From the human T2T-CHM13v2.0 reference genome, Homo sapiens: a DNA stretch of 64,000 nucleotides. The stretch lies in the NCBI RefSeq assembly GCF_009914755.1, contig NC_060936.1, one strand, 5' to 3'. The first letter of the stretch is position 1. Every line of letters begins with the position of its first letter. Below the pieces are notes generated by a model. That model saw nothing but the letters and a program-made list of their open reading frames with translations. It did no database searches and was not told the DNA's origin. Position numbers and translations under genes: made by a program. Shown here piece after piece: positions 29,959 through 43,445 of this stretch.

Positions 29959-31249
29959 AGAGGGAGGGGATTGAGGCCCAGGAGCAAAAGTGATTGCATT
30001 AGTCAAATTAACTATATTTCCATTTTACTTCATTCTGGGTAGTCACGTTCTAAATAGTTGAATCGGGTTTAATCGAATCTCCAACGTCAGGAGACTTTGC
30101 ATTGTTTCCTTTCATAAGAGAAGTGGAGCCAAGCCGAAGCTCACACTTTGGCAACTGATCCTGTGTAAACTGTATTGCTCCCTGAACTAACCCTTTCTTG
30201 AGGCTGGGAAGACACTTACGCTGTGTGACTCGATTTGATCACAGGACAGCTTGAAGGAAACCAGTATCAACAAACCTCTCTTTGGGCTGTCGGAAATAGT
30301 GTTTCCATTTTATTTATTTGAAAGAATCTTGTGTCTTAAATCTTGGGACAGGCCATTTGAGAGTTGTCTGATTATTGTGCAAATAGTTTTAAGAAGTCTC
30401 ACAAGAAATGATTGCTTTACCTTTCTATTTTAGTGCTAACCAGACATGGATGGCAAATAATAGCACCACTGTATAGTAGACATTTTGGTGGGAAGATGCT
30501 GTTCACAAGAAGAATCTTGGCTAGTTTCACGATATTTTGGTCAACTTGGATTGTTAAGAAGATAACTTATGTGACTAGCACATTCCTGAAACTGCAAGAC
30601 TATTCTCCCCACATTCAAACCTCCAGAATGAATTGTGTTGCTTGCAGTGGGTAGCACTGCTTGTGCTCAGTTATTTGTGGCCCCCAAAAATAGAGAACAG
30701 GAGATAGCAAATGCTTTATCTGATGTTCACTATAATTTGAGCAATTGCAAAGTAGTTCTAGTTCTTGGCTACAGCACTTGATGGGGCACTAGAGTTGAAT
30801 TCGTGACATCATAACTACATAGAGAGAATGAAAGAGGGAAAATGGATAAGAATTTTATAAGGAACCAGTTTCTCAGTTGTCAGTATTTTCCTTTTTAAAG
30901 ATAAAAAAATGAACATTCGACTTTGAAAAGTATTTTATCTTTCATGGGCTTGGTTAGGTGAGTAGAGAGAATTCCAGTTGAAATGGACAGACAGAGAGCC
31001 AAGGAATTTTAGTAAAAATACTGGATCCTTTCATGTGAAACAGATCTGAGTCAAGGTAGTTCTGTCCACTATAATCTGTTACAGTAATCATTTCCTTTGG
31101 GACTTAAAAAAAGGACTATTGACATTTGCTCCCTCTAGGTACCTATAAAAGAGTTCCAGCTACATAGAAGGGCTATGATACTTTCAGATAAGCAAGGAAG
31201 AAGTTGTAAATGTGGGCAATATAATATGATAGGTTTCACTAAAATTTAT

Positions 31250-31745
31250 ATTATTTATTCCATCAGCTGGTTGCTTTTTAGTGAGCACCTATTATGTGCT
31301 TTCTTGTTAAGAGCAGAGGATATAGTAATGAAGGATAAAGTATCTACTTTCTTGAAAATCTGAGTCTATCAGAGAGAGAGATAGTACTCCAATAGTGGAT
31401 TAATTGTGATTATGAACATCTACTATAATGGGTAAGCACAGGATCTAGGAGCCTGTGCAGTAGGGTAATGGAAAAGTAGGGGATGGGATGAACTGAGAAG
31501 TAAGCACCTAAGTAAAGATATCTGTACATGCAAAGGGCCTGGGGTAGAAAGGGATTTAGTTCTTTGATAGAATCAAATGAAGGCTTGTGTGGCTGGAGAA
31601 AGGGAGAGAAGAAGCATGGGAGAGATTGGCAAAATGTCAGCTTGGAGAGATATGGAGGGACTAAATCTTACTGGGCATCACGAACTTGGCAGAAAGAAAG
31701 TGGGAGTAGTTGAAAGGCTTTAAGCAGTGGAGCAACATGATAAAC
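31250..31745 (-). mobile_element. L2 remnant
   Basis: tgagcacctattatgtgc...catgcaaagggcctgggg...tgtgtggctggag...ttgaaaggctttaagcagtggagcaacatga. Confidence 0.6.
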
Positions 31746-32513
31746 AGTACAGCTTAATGGGATTTTAATAAAGCATTATATTGTTGATTATAGAAGTAAT
31801 CTTCCTTCAGGGTTTTTTTTAATTGAAGACACAGTTTTTCAATTTTTTTATTCTAATTTCTTTTGCAGATAGTAGAGAAGATAATTTGTATGTAATTGAA
31901 GGACCGCATTCTTCTTAGCTTGAAGTCATTGTGATGGATAAGAATTTATAAATAGCAAATCTGCTGGATTTAGTTATCTGTCATATTGGAATTTAGAAGT
32001 GGCAGATCTCTTATCAGTGACCAAATACCAAATAACAGAAATGTAACCTGATAATTTTTTAATTAAAAATACCCTAATATATAATCGTGATGTAACTGAG
32101 GTGAATATCAAAATGTGTTTGCCACTATGTACAAAAATAAAAAACATAAATCACAGATTTTTCACTTCTAAAAGAGAAGTGAAATTTCTAAAGGCTAATA
32201 ATGTTAACTGAACACCTGGTTCAGACAACTAGCAATGGGGACTCAATGCAAATGAATAGGGAGGTCTCATAGAAAATGGCTTCATACTAGATTAAACACA
32301 GGCAGTCCAAACTCTAATATATATAAAGGATTTGTTGTCGCAATGGTAGTAACACCAAAGTCCAGATTTTCCAGGACAGTCTTTTTATAAAATAACTCTC
32401 TTACATTTTAGATACATTGATGCTTTCTAGACAACCACGTCTCCCTCTTGTTTTAAGAAATATGTCTAGTGGCATCAGGATTCTAATTTCTTCTTTGCTA
32501 TCACTATCTAGAA

Positions 32514-32982
32514 TCTCCTCCTCCTCCTCCTTCTCCTCCTCTTCCTCCTCCTCCTCCTTCTCCTCCTCCTCCTTCTCTTCCTCCTCCTCCTTCTCTTCCT
32601 CTTCCTCCTCCTTCTCCTCCTTCTCTTCCTCCTCCTCCTTCTCTTCCTCCTCCTCCTTCTCTTCCTCCTCCTCCTTCTCTTCCTCCTCCTCCTTCTCTTC
32701 CTCCTCCTCCTTCTCTTCCTCCTCCTCCTTCTCTTCCTCCTCCTCCTTCTCTTCCTCCTCCTCTTCCTTCTCCTCCTCCTTCTCTTCCTTCTCCTTCTTC
32801 TCCTCCTCCTTCTCTTCCTCTTCCTCCTTCTCTTCCTCCTCCTCCTTCTCTTCCTCCTCCTCCTTCTCTTCCTCCTCCTCCTTCTCTTCCTCCTCCTCCT
32901 TCTCTTCCTCCTACTCCTCCTTCATCCTCTTCCTCCTCCTTCTCTTCCTCCTCCTCCTCTTCCTCCTTCTCTCCTTCCTTCT
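32514..32982. repeat. ~470-bp polypyrimidine minisatellite, 18-bp unit TTCTCTTCCTCCTCCTCC
   Basis: Only two purines in the tract; source of the 240-aa poly-Ser ORF. Confidence 0.95.
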
Positions 32983-33409
32983 ATCTCATCTTGATAATCT
33001 GAACTCCAATCCCCAGGATGCCAATCCATTAATTAAATGTCCAATACAACTTGCCTTTGTTTTATCACTGAAGATGACTCTTTCCTTTAGTCTTTTAGCC
33101 TTTCCAAATCTGGCCATACAAATTCATGAATGGCTATGATTGTGTCAGAGGGATCAAAAACACCAAAAAGATGAAGACCAGCTCATAGGTTGAAGGAATT
33201 TTATTCTTGGTTTTCTTAATATTACTACTAGTTAAATATCTTAGAAAATGTCAATCATGCCATGAATTTAATTTGGGGTTGCAAAAGAAAGTGGAAAACT
33301 ATTCACTTGGGTTTCCTTTTGTGATGTTCCAGGGAGTGGATGCTACTCATGAAGAGTAATAAGCGGGACAAGTCCTAAAGCACTGAGAAGGAAGTGATGA
33401 TGGTAGTGA

Positions 33410-33660
33410 TCAAGTAGTCACCATTTTGGAAAGTGGATTATGTACCATCCCTATGCTTAGTGCTTTACAGACATTATCTCATCTGATCTTCTCAACAAAC
33501 AATCAATGCTGTTTTTATAGTTATTTTGATATTACAGATGAAAAAATTGAGGTTTAGAGAGGTTAAAGAAATTTTTAAAAAGTTTTTTCACTAGTAAATG
33601 AAAGAAGTGGAATCCTATGTCTGTCTAGCCTGACTCCAGAGTCTATACTGTGGACCACTA
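33410..33660 (-). mobile_element. MIR
   Basis: gtgctttacagacattatctcat...ttacagatgaaaaaattgaggtttagagaggttaa...tgactccagagtc. Confidence 0.75.
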
Positions 33661-34260
33661 ACTATCAAGGGGTTAACAGTAGAACTGATCTGTGGCCAAG
33701 AGATGTCTCTAGAGCTTGAATGTCCTTATTCCTTGGAGCATCTTATTCATACTGCCCTACCCTGTTGTATCACTCTCTGTCCCTTTTCACTGAAGCTGAG
33801 CTTGCTGTGGTCTGGAAAAGCACAATGGTTTCTTTGGTGCAGCCTGTGGTTTTAGAGCTTACAGTGAGAAGAGCATGCAGATAAAACATAGAGCATCCTA
33901 CTGAGACACAAGTCCAAGCAATGCTGCTGTAGAGAGCCAGAAAAGCAAAATGGTTCTGACCCTGGCAGGAAATACCATGGACAAGTAGGGAAACAGGTTG
34001 GGCAGACCCTAAGATGGGAAAGCTCTGTGCCAGCGCAGAACTCCCCCAGTGGCTGCCATCAATCCCCCTTTTAGTAGCATGTGTAAGGACTCATGAGCAT
34101 CAAATGTATTCGACACGAACAGCACTGGCCTTAAATGTTTCTTTCCACAAGGATCAGAAACTTTACTACGGTTTTTGTGTCAGGACCTGTTGTTAAATGA
34201 ACTGATGTCTTTGAAGTGCTTTTCAGTGCTTGAACAGTCATAATTTTAATAATCAGGAGA

Positions 34261-34525
34261 GTAATCCCAGCATTTTGGAAGGCTGAGGCAGGGAGATTGC
34301 TTGAGCCTAGGAGTTCAATACCACCTGGGTAACATACCAAGTCTCCACCTCTACAAAAATTAGAAAATTAGCTGGGTATGGTGGCTTGCACCTATAGTCC
34401 TAGCTATTTGGGAGGCTGAGACAGGAGGATCATTTGAGCCCAGGAGGTTGAGGCTGCAGTGAGCTATGATTACACCATTGTATGCCAGCCTGGGCATGAG
34501 AGTGAGACCCTGTATCAGAAAAGAG
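34261..34525 (+). mobile_element. AluJ, 5'-truncated
   Basis: gattgcttgagcctaggagttc...tgagcccaggaggttgaggctgcagtgagctatgat. Confidence 0.88.
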
Positions 34526-35430
34526 AGTTCTTGTCACTGATCACTGATGATAAAAGTTCATTTCTTCTAAAGATCAAAAGCTCCTGGTTTCAAATTAAAA
34601 CTATGTCTGTGTGTGCATGCAGTAGAATAAAAGACAACTAAAATGTTAATTCCTTCTCCTTTTAGTATCACATGGAGTCTACCTGGCATGTCACAAGCAG
34701 CAATTCTGAGGTTTTGAGAGAGCTTCTTGCTGAACTTCTTGTTCAGTTTGCCTCCACGCTTTCCCCTACCACCAGAAAATTTAAACAAAACAACCTGCTT
34801 TTGCCTGAATGACCTAGGTAACAACCTACTTTAGCTTGAGCTGCTTAGATATTTCAGCTAAAAATGGCTTATTTCCATGAGTCACCTGGATAATTGCATT
34901 ACTCTGCTGGCCCACTTAGCTGGGTGGGCCAGCAGGTGTTAAGTGCAACTGTCAACGAGTACTTCATTGTTTTCCACTCTATGGATAGTACTGTGACAGT
35001 TTCTTAGTGCCTGGAGAAGTACCTCTTAGATTCACTTTCAGCTCTTGAGCCTCTTTCTTTTAGATGGATCATCCTTGCTATGTGACAAAATCAGCCCCCT
35101 TCTATCTCTGTAGGGCAACTTTGTATCATGCATGTATGTGTGTGTAGCTTTGTGGTTTTGAAGAAAAATTACTTCAACAAGTACTTCTTAAATACTTCCT
35201 GGCAGAGCGCTGTCTGTAGGAGATACAAAAGGAGATAAAGACAAGATTTTTTCCTCAAAATACAGCTGTTTAAGTAGACTGGTATATATAAACCATTAGA
35301 AAGTCTCTACATGTTTACTGTTGACCTGTTTGGAAGTGTAATCAGAGTTGAAAGTTGAAGAGGGACAAAATATTTGGAGAAATCTTTGGAAGGGCTTACC
35401 TTCCATTACTTGAGATATAGATGCATTGTC

Positions 35431-35720
<290 letters not shown>

Positions 35721-37964
35721 ACATTGTCTTCTTTTTTTCTTTTTTTCCTCTGCAAATGTATTATATAGTTTACTTTGACAAAATATAACCCAATTTTCTA
35801 GAATGGCATCGCTGAAGAAAGATAGTTGTCTGCCTCATTTAGAGAGTAACTCAGGGTTCGTGGTTCTCCAAAGGAAAGACGGCAGACAGTTTTGGCTACA
35901 AAAACACTTGAGGTATTTAGAAAAAACTCCACACTGTATACTTTACTTTTATGACCGAGTTTTTTAGATGCTTCTGAGAACACAAAATAAATGGAAAACA
36001 CATACAGGAAAAGAAAAAAAAAGACTTGCCTCATGTGGAACAATCAACATTGTAAAACTAAACCTTAACTAATTTTTGAAATCTATTTATATGTAAAAAA
36101 AATTAGTGCCCTAGCTTCAGTTTTAAATTTCATATAATTTGATGTCATGAAATAAAAGGTTAGTTTCTCTGCTTTTTTCTTTCCCTTTTCCCTGGTTATA
36201 AAATGATAGATTTTAAAATTAAGTGGTAAGACCAAGTTTTTTTTTTTTTATTTTTTGTTTTTAAGTAGATATTTGAACTTTGATGTAAGAGCTCACCACT
36301 TCTATGCTTACAGTGTTTAAATTCTCTGGCATGAAACTTTTAGGCTTGAAATAAATGTCACTAACATGATTTTGAAGGTCAGGCTGGTGAACCACCAAAA
36401 ATGTCTGACAGCTCGAAAATAGAGTATTTACATGTGGCTCATGGCATCGTGCTCTTTGCTATGATGTAGTCAGGTTGAATAAGTGGAGCAGTGTGAACTG
36501 AACCTTGGTAGAATTTGACATTTAACCCCAGAGGTCTATATGCATCGTTTTATTCTCTATCCCCTCCTGCCTCCCTCCACGTGGGCAGAAGAGACATAAA
36601 AATCCACTGGCTTTCTGCAGGAACACTTGGCCTGGTTTCCCTGTAATACCTGTTTATACATGAATCAACCCAAAATTAACATCAGAGACAGCAGGATATG
36701 CCTGACCTTGTGAATTAAGTATGAAATGCACTAGAAATATGATTAACCAGATTTCTTGGTAAATGGGTTGTTCTGTTTAGCCAGAGCTCTGGTTGTTTAA
36801 GAGTGAGTTCTATTGCTATTTTTATTTTTGTACTTATTATTTAATTGGCATTACAAAATGTTATTAGCTTTCTTATCATTGGAAATATGGTTATTAAATG
36901 CTACTTGATCTTCCTTGATGACGTCCTCAGATGATCATTCCAAACATCAGTAATCTAAAGATCATGGTAGACATGCAGAAAAAAGACAAGGCTGAGGACT
37001 AGGATTGAGGAAAATGGGATGGGGATTGGAGGGCATGGGCAGAGGGTAGTTTAGTTTTAGTTAACTGGGATTATACTGCAGAGGAAGTTCCTGATAACTG
37101 ATTTCAAAACTTTTAGTAATGTGTCCTGTTTACATTTAAGCTAGATTCAAATAGAAAACCCTAAAGAATTTGTCATATATTTGTATGAGATCATCTTTTA
37201 AAACAAGCAGACTAAATTCATTCCATTTCTAAATTCATCTGATAAAAGAAGAACACATGCAAACTAGGTGAAACGAGTTTGGAAAATAATCAATATTATG
37301 TCTGGGGCCTTTAGAGTACTGTCCTAAAAGTATAATATGCCACCATTTTTTAAAACCACATTTTTTGGGGGTGCAAGCAGAAAAATGAAGGAATCTGCAG
37401 TCTGACTTATGCTCTTGTCACTAACCTTTGGTTTGTAGGTTGAGAGAAGCATTAAAATAAGCATAGCTGCTGAACTGTATTCTTTCAGCAGCCAGAAATG
37501 GAAAGCTTCAGGGAATAGCAAATGGTTGCAGGACTCTCTTAAGAGATTACTTATAAATCCAGATATATGTCAGATTATTAGAATAATTGAAAGTCCAGTG
37601 AATCAGAGAGATAGAAGGAAAGTCTCTTGAAGCATGATTTGTAACTCTATGCAGAGTTTTAAATGCCATTCAGCAAGACATTCCAAAGTGTCTACTGTGA
37701 ATGAACATTTAGAAGGACTATAATTTTTCTTTTTAATTGAGATACCTATCTGTGTCCTCGGTAACACAACTATTCCTTTGGCTTGTTAATTATAAAAAAT
37801 AGTCCCTACCTCTTCTGAATTCTGCATACTTTCTTTAAAGACACTGCAAAGCATTTGAAGCTACTAAGATTTAATGCATTCTTTACCTTAAAGCAAGCAC
37901 CGATTGGCGGCACAGAGTTCACACAGAGATAAAGAACGAGAAGGACAATGAGAAGTCATGTGAC

Positions 37965-38205
37965 AAAGAGGTCAGAGCATTCAATCCCAGAGAACTGGGA
38001 TTGTAAATAAGTTCTGCCACTTTCCCACTATGTGACTTTGGGCCAGTTACAAAGTATTCATGAATTTCAGTTTTCCTCTGATGTAAAATGAGGTTAATGG
38101 TAATTGTTTTAATGACTCAATTATAACCATATAATTATCTGTATATTTACGGCTCTATATATTTAAAATACCTTTTAAATACCTGGCACAGTATAAGTAC
38201 CCAAT
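37965..38205 (+). mobile_element. MIR
   Basis: ctgccactt...tgtgactttgggccagtta...tcagttttcctc...tgtaaaatgagg...cctggcacagtataagtacccaata. Confidence 0.7.
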
Positions 38206-38677
38206 ATTTCTCTTAATTTTAAGATAACAGATTATAACAGATTATAACAAATTTAAGATAACAGACTACAAACCTGAAGGAATCAAGTTTCCAAAGACCA
38301 GCGATCCATCTGAAGTGGATGAGTAAATGGTGACATTCATCCACCCAGTTGCTAATTCATCCATCAGTCCTTGAATAAGGCACATGCTTACTGGCTTACT
38401 GAGATTTCTCCAGTGTCCAAGATAGATAGAAGCAAGACTTAACTGATGTTTTCTCACTCTTAGTCCAATGCTGCTTTATGGTATTCAAAATAAAAATCCT
38501 TAAGGCTGAGAAAAAATGAGAAGGGCAAGTTCAGAAATGTAGAATATTTTAGAATTTCATTTGAGAAGAGAGGTGAAGAATTTTCTGATGGTATGTTCTG
38601 ATAAAATAGGTGTGAATCAAAACTGTTATCTGTCAAGAAAGTAGATTTCCATTATAATCTCTGATACTAGATCCCCA

Positions 38678-39016
38678 TGAATGGTGGATCAGATAAAGAA
38701 AATGTGGTGCATATACACCATGGAATATCACACAGGCATACAAAGAATGAGATCATGTCCTTTGTAGCAGCAACATAGATGCAGCTGGAGGCTATAATCC
38801 TAAGTGAATTAGTGTAGAAACAGAAATCCAAATACCACATGTTCTCACATGTAAGTGAGAGCCAAACAATGGGTACACAGGGACACAGAGATGGGAACAA
38901 TAAACGCTGGGAATTCCAAAAGAGGGAGGGAAGGAGTAGGGAAAGGGTTGAAAAACTACCTGTTGGGTACTATGTTCACCACTTGGGCAATGGGTTTATT
39001 AGAAGCCCAAACTTCA
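38678..39016 (+). mobile_element. L1 (L1PB-like) ORF2 end / 3'UTR fragment
   Basis: gataaagaaaatgtggtgcatatacaccatggaata...gttgaaaaactacctgttgggtactatgttcac. Confidence 0.88.
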
Positions 39017-39400
39017 TGTAGAAAAAATAGCGAAAACAGGGCAAATCGACTGTGACTGGTAGGAGCTAATCATGTAGTTAGAATAATGAAACATTTGCCA
39101 AAGTAAATCCAAAACATCTGTAAAGCTGCCAATTAAGTACAAATTGATAAGTCATTATGTATAAGGGTGATTCATAATACTGGAGATAATAAACATTAAT
39201 TCTTACAGTTCATTTGTCCATTTTGTGCCGGGAAAGTCACTGAGGTTTCTGGACTCCTTTCAACTCATTTATAAATGGGTGAGACATGACCAAGCTTTAT
39301 CACTTTTATATAAATCGCTTTTATTATTTAAGACATACCTTTTAGGATTCTACTTTTAAATTCTACCATCACCACTTGTCTTTCTTCTTCTCGCCTTCAG

Positions 39401-39510
39401 TTCCCAACACACAGACACACACACACACGCACACACACACACACACACACACAAACACCATATTTGAATATCACATGATGGGAGAAATGAACAACTATAT
39501 TAACCAACAG
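39401..39510 (+). other. Candidate non-coding/cryptic exon (110 nt) containing a CA repeat
   Basis: Acceptor tctttcttcttctcgccttcag| and perfect donor CAG|GTGAGT; motif evidence only. Confidence 0.4.
39407..39457. repeat. (CA)n microsatellite
   Basis: Direct. Confidence 0.95.
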
Positions 39511-41531
39511 GTGAGTTATTGCAAGCTTTGCATAAACAAGAGTTGAATCCCAGTGGGTATTACAGGCTTCTCATCTACCCTTTGATTCTCCCTTCTGCCA
39601 TCACATATAGAATAAGCAAAGGTCTTCTGATGAAAAGTTGCAAATATGTGGCAAAACAGGAAAGATGGAACACTGATGAAGAGTTTTCTAATATTAGTTT
39701 TGCTGAAGAGCTGGTGTGATTAGAGGCAATAATTAGTTTGAATTTTTGTAGGTAAAATACAGCATCATGAGCCACATTTGGCCATTCTTTGAAATGTTCA
39801 ACCAAAATAGATTGTTATGCCCATATCCCATTTTGCATTATATGATCATGGTTAGAATTAACAAAACACTTGTGAAGAGCTGCCTGTTGCAATGGCTGGA
39901 GATTTGAATTGCTCAGAACGATTTCTTTTGAGATTGCCAGTTCTACTTTGAAACTAGACTTATTAACACAAACATCTAAGATGTACCTTGAGGCCCCCTT
40001 GAGAATTACTTGTCTGCAGCTATTTATTCATTATTTAGTCATGAACTGGTAACATGTCAGGCATGGAGAAGAAATTGTGTTGCCTTCCTGTAAAGGTAGA
40101 AAAGTCAACTATCTGTTAAATGAAAACGTGTAAGTTTGAGAGCTACTTCTCTTGCACTCAATATTTTCTTTAAAATTTTTAAGAAGCAGGTGGGTTATCA
40201 GTGTTGAAAGCTAATGTGTGTGTGTGTGCGTGTGTGTAATTAGATTTCTCATCACCTACTTTTGTCCCAAGAGACACTTTCCCTTAATGCTATATCATCA
40301 TACTATTTTCATAGGAGCAGAATATCATCTTTTTCTTTTTAACTCCCTGTCAAAACCTGATCATCTACTTGCCTGAGTTGAGTAGCCATTAATGTTAGAT
40401 ACTTTATTAGCTAGTTCTATGATTTGGGAATATCATTCAACTTCTTTTTCTCTCAGTTTGAAGGAGTTAGATTAGATAATATTTAAGCAGTTTCAACACT
40501 CTATCCCTCTACAAAATAGCAAAATTTGTATTCACTCACTTGAATGTACCATAAACAGTTGTGGGAGTGAATAGCTATGGAGTGCCCATTAAGTAATGTC
40601 CAGCATAATTATGTTTATTGGCTTGTCATCACTGTGGTTGATGGGCAGAGAGCAGGTATTCTATTTCCTTTACATGTACCCTAGGTCCTCAACCCTGGTT
40701 ATCTAAAACTGTGATCTACATAGAGTGGTTGCTCAATTGTAGACTGTCTTATATTTGAAAAATATTACAGAGTCACCCTTGTGGGTAGAGGAGTAAAAAG
40801 GATTGCTTCTCCAATGGTTTTAATCTATGAATTTGGATGTGCATGCACTATTATTAGAATTCTCATAGGATTAACAAAATCTGCATCTTCTAACAATATT
40901 GCAGTGGGTGATGGTGATTTGAAACTTGTCCAAAGTCACACAGCTGGTAAGTGTGAGATGCAGTACTAGTAGCCAGGCCTCTGATGTTAACAGTTGCTGA
41001 AGCGTTCCATGATCCCATCATGGCAGCCATAACTCTCTTCTCTGTGCTGTCATGGTATTTTATTCTCACTGCTAGCATAGAACTTATGATGCTACATTGA
41101 TTTTTGTTTGCTACGCCCCTAAGATGTGCGTGGTACATAGTAGTCACTAAAAAAATAGTTTGCCAATTGAATATTTGAATGCACATACAAGTGTCTGCTT
41201 GCACCAAACAGCTGTAAGTTCCTTAAATAATGGACCTGATCCTATACGTCGTTATATCCCTAGTTCTTCAGACAGTGACTGACACCTTGCTGGTACTTAA
41301 ATATTTGTTTAATTGAACTAAATTCTTACCAAATGTAGTTCAGTGCTGCTTGTGTTTCACTAACATCACCTCCCATTTTTTTAAAAAACAAATCACATCC
41401 TTCCTTTTATTTCTATGTCCTTTTTACTTTTCCCTTTCATTCCTGTTCTTCTTTTCCTATCTTTCTTTATTACACTCTATTCTTTCACTTTAATGACTTA
41501 ATTTATATAATTTATATCCCATGCCTCTTCT

Positions 41532-41825
41532 TTTTTTTTTTTTTTTGATGGAGTCTTACTCCGTAGCCCAGGCTAGAGTGCAGTGGCGCGATCTCGGCTC
41601 ACTCCAAGTTCCGCCTCCCGGGTTCACACCATTCTCCTGCCTCAGCCTCCTGAGTAGCTGGGACTATAGGCTCCTGCTACCACGCCAGGCTAATTTTTTG
41701 TATTTTTAGTAGAGACAGGGTTTCGCTGTGTTAGCCAGGATGGTCTTGATCTCCTGACCTTGTGATCCACCTGCCTCGGCCTCCCAAAGTGTTGGGATTA
41801 CAGGCGTGAGCCATTGCGCCTGGCC
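41532..41825 (-). mobile_element. AluY
   Basis: AluY diagnostics; perfect 16-bp TSD atcccatgcctcttct (41516-41531, 41826-41841). Confidence 0.95.
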
Positions 41826-42126
41826 ATCCCATGCCTCTTCTATGCACTTGCTACCTTGAAGGCTTGGTGAAAATGTCAATAGACAGTTATCACTGTGTTG
41901 AGTCATGAAGTCGATCTGAAGTGGGATAAGCTAAGCTCTATGCCAGAATGCACCATTTTTGTATATGTATACTATTGTGTAGGAGGCAAGAGGAATATAA
42001 AAATCTACAAACTTGGTGAGGTATTGAGGAAAGTTGGCTGACTCCTTAATGCTTTTCAATGTCCAATTTATGGCTGAGAAAGCAACATTCATGGGAACCA
42101 TTCAAAGCACCAGATTCTGTTTATTA

Positions 42127-42139
42127 GTGACTCAGCATT
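42127..42139 (+). promoter_or_regulatory. Consensus NFE2L2/MAF antioxidant response element (GTGACTCAGCA)
   Basis: Exact RTGACTCAGCA followed by an AT-rich flank; motif only. Confidence 0.35.
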
Positions 42140-43279
42140 AATGCCCATGACTAAGGCACAAGTGTTCCAAATTCCAGTTTACCTTTTAACCCATTTTGTA
42201 CGACTAGACCTCATGAACAGTTGTGGCTATTTTTTAACTGGCAAGATTGTATTTGATTATGCCTAAAGACCAATTGTTGTTTTATTAGGATTAAAGGAGC
42301 CTGCATTTCTTTATGAATATTTCTGCCGCTATTCTGATGCAATAGAATATGGCACCACAACACGACTTTCCAGCTTGCCATAAATATGAAAACTTAAAAA
42401 TTGCATGAATTGCTGCATTCTTCTTAGTTTGTCTGGTCTCTTCTTCAGTTCTTAAAACAAGAAATGACTTTCTTTCAATTCTCTCTTCTTGGCTCACTCC
42501 GTTCCCCTGGTAACATTAATTTATTGATTTTCAAAATATAAATCCATGTGCATTTCTGACTCACTTAACATTAATTCTTCTGCTCTTCTTTTCCATTCAG
42601 TTCTTCTTTGGACCATTCCATTAAATCTGGAAAATGTTCTGTTGGTCTTAGCAGACACCTTCTTATTATGAGGTCCCAGCTTCTAGTTCTGTCTCCTCAA
42701 ACATCCAACTCCATTTCGTAGCTGCATCAATTTAACGGCTTTCTGAAACTCTATGTTAAATAGCCCTTCTGGGAAGAAAAAGCATATAGGTTACATTGTA
42801 ATTCTAAAAATAACGAGCATTATAATTTTACGTAGTTTTTACTGCAATGCCTTATGTAGCATTTAAGATCACTAATTGGAACTAATTTTCATTTCTTCCC
42901 ATCTTCTCTAATTCATCACAAAAGATAACACTGGAGTGATTACCTTACTCACTTACTGGATTCCAATAATGGACTTATTATGATGTTGGAAGGCATAGCT
43001 TTTGATGATTCATAAATATACCTCAAGATTATAACTATTGACAAAATGAGATCTATGTAATTAATGACCTATTTAGGCCATACATTTCCTTACTTATTTT
43101 CAAATCTTTGGGAAGCGTTCATTTTAGTGACTTCTAATTCCTGGTCAGTTCTTTGGAAGGTTCGACCTGGAAGGGACCTGAAGAGTCATCTAGTTTTAGC
43201 TCTCTGATTTACTGATAAGGGCCTCAGGGGAAACATTATGTGTATGTTTTAAAGTCATCTAGTGACTGGTAGCAGAGGC

Positions 43280-43445
43280 CATAGTGGGTCGCAATTTCAT
43301 CTACACATTAGAGTCACCTGAAAAGCTTTTTAAAATGCTCATGTCTGAGCTTACTGCAGAGAACTTGATTTAATTGTCCTGGGGTTGTCCTGTCCATTGA
43401 GATTTTTTAAAACCTTGTTGTATAATTCTAATGGACAATTCTAAT
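43280..43445. mobile_element. MER5-family fossil
   Basis: cacattagagtcacctgaaaagctttttaaaatgctcatgtctg...tgatttaattg. Confidence 0.65.

Noticed and set aside
32417-33139. 240-aa Ser/Phe-rich ORF
   Set aside because: Product of the stop-free C/T minisatellite; non-ATG start; no domain
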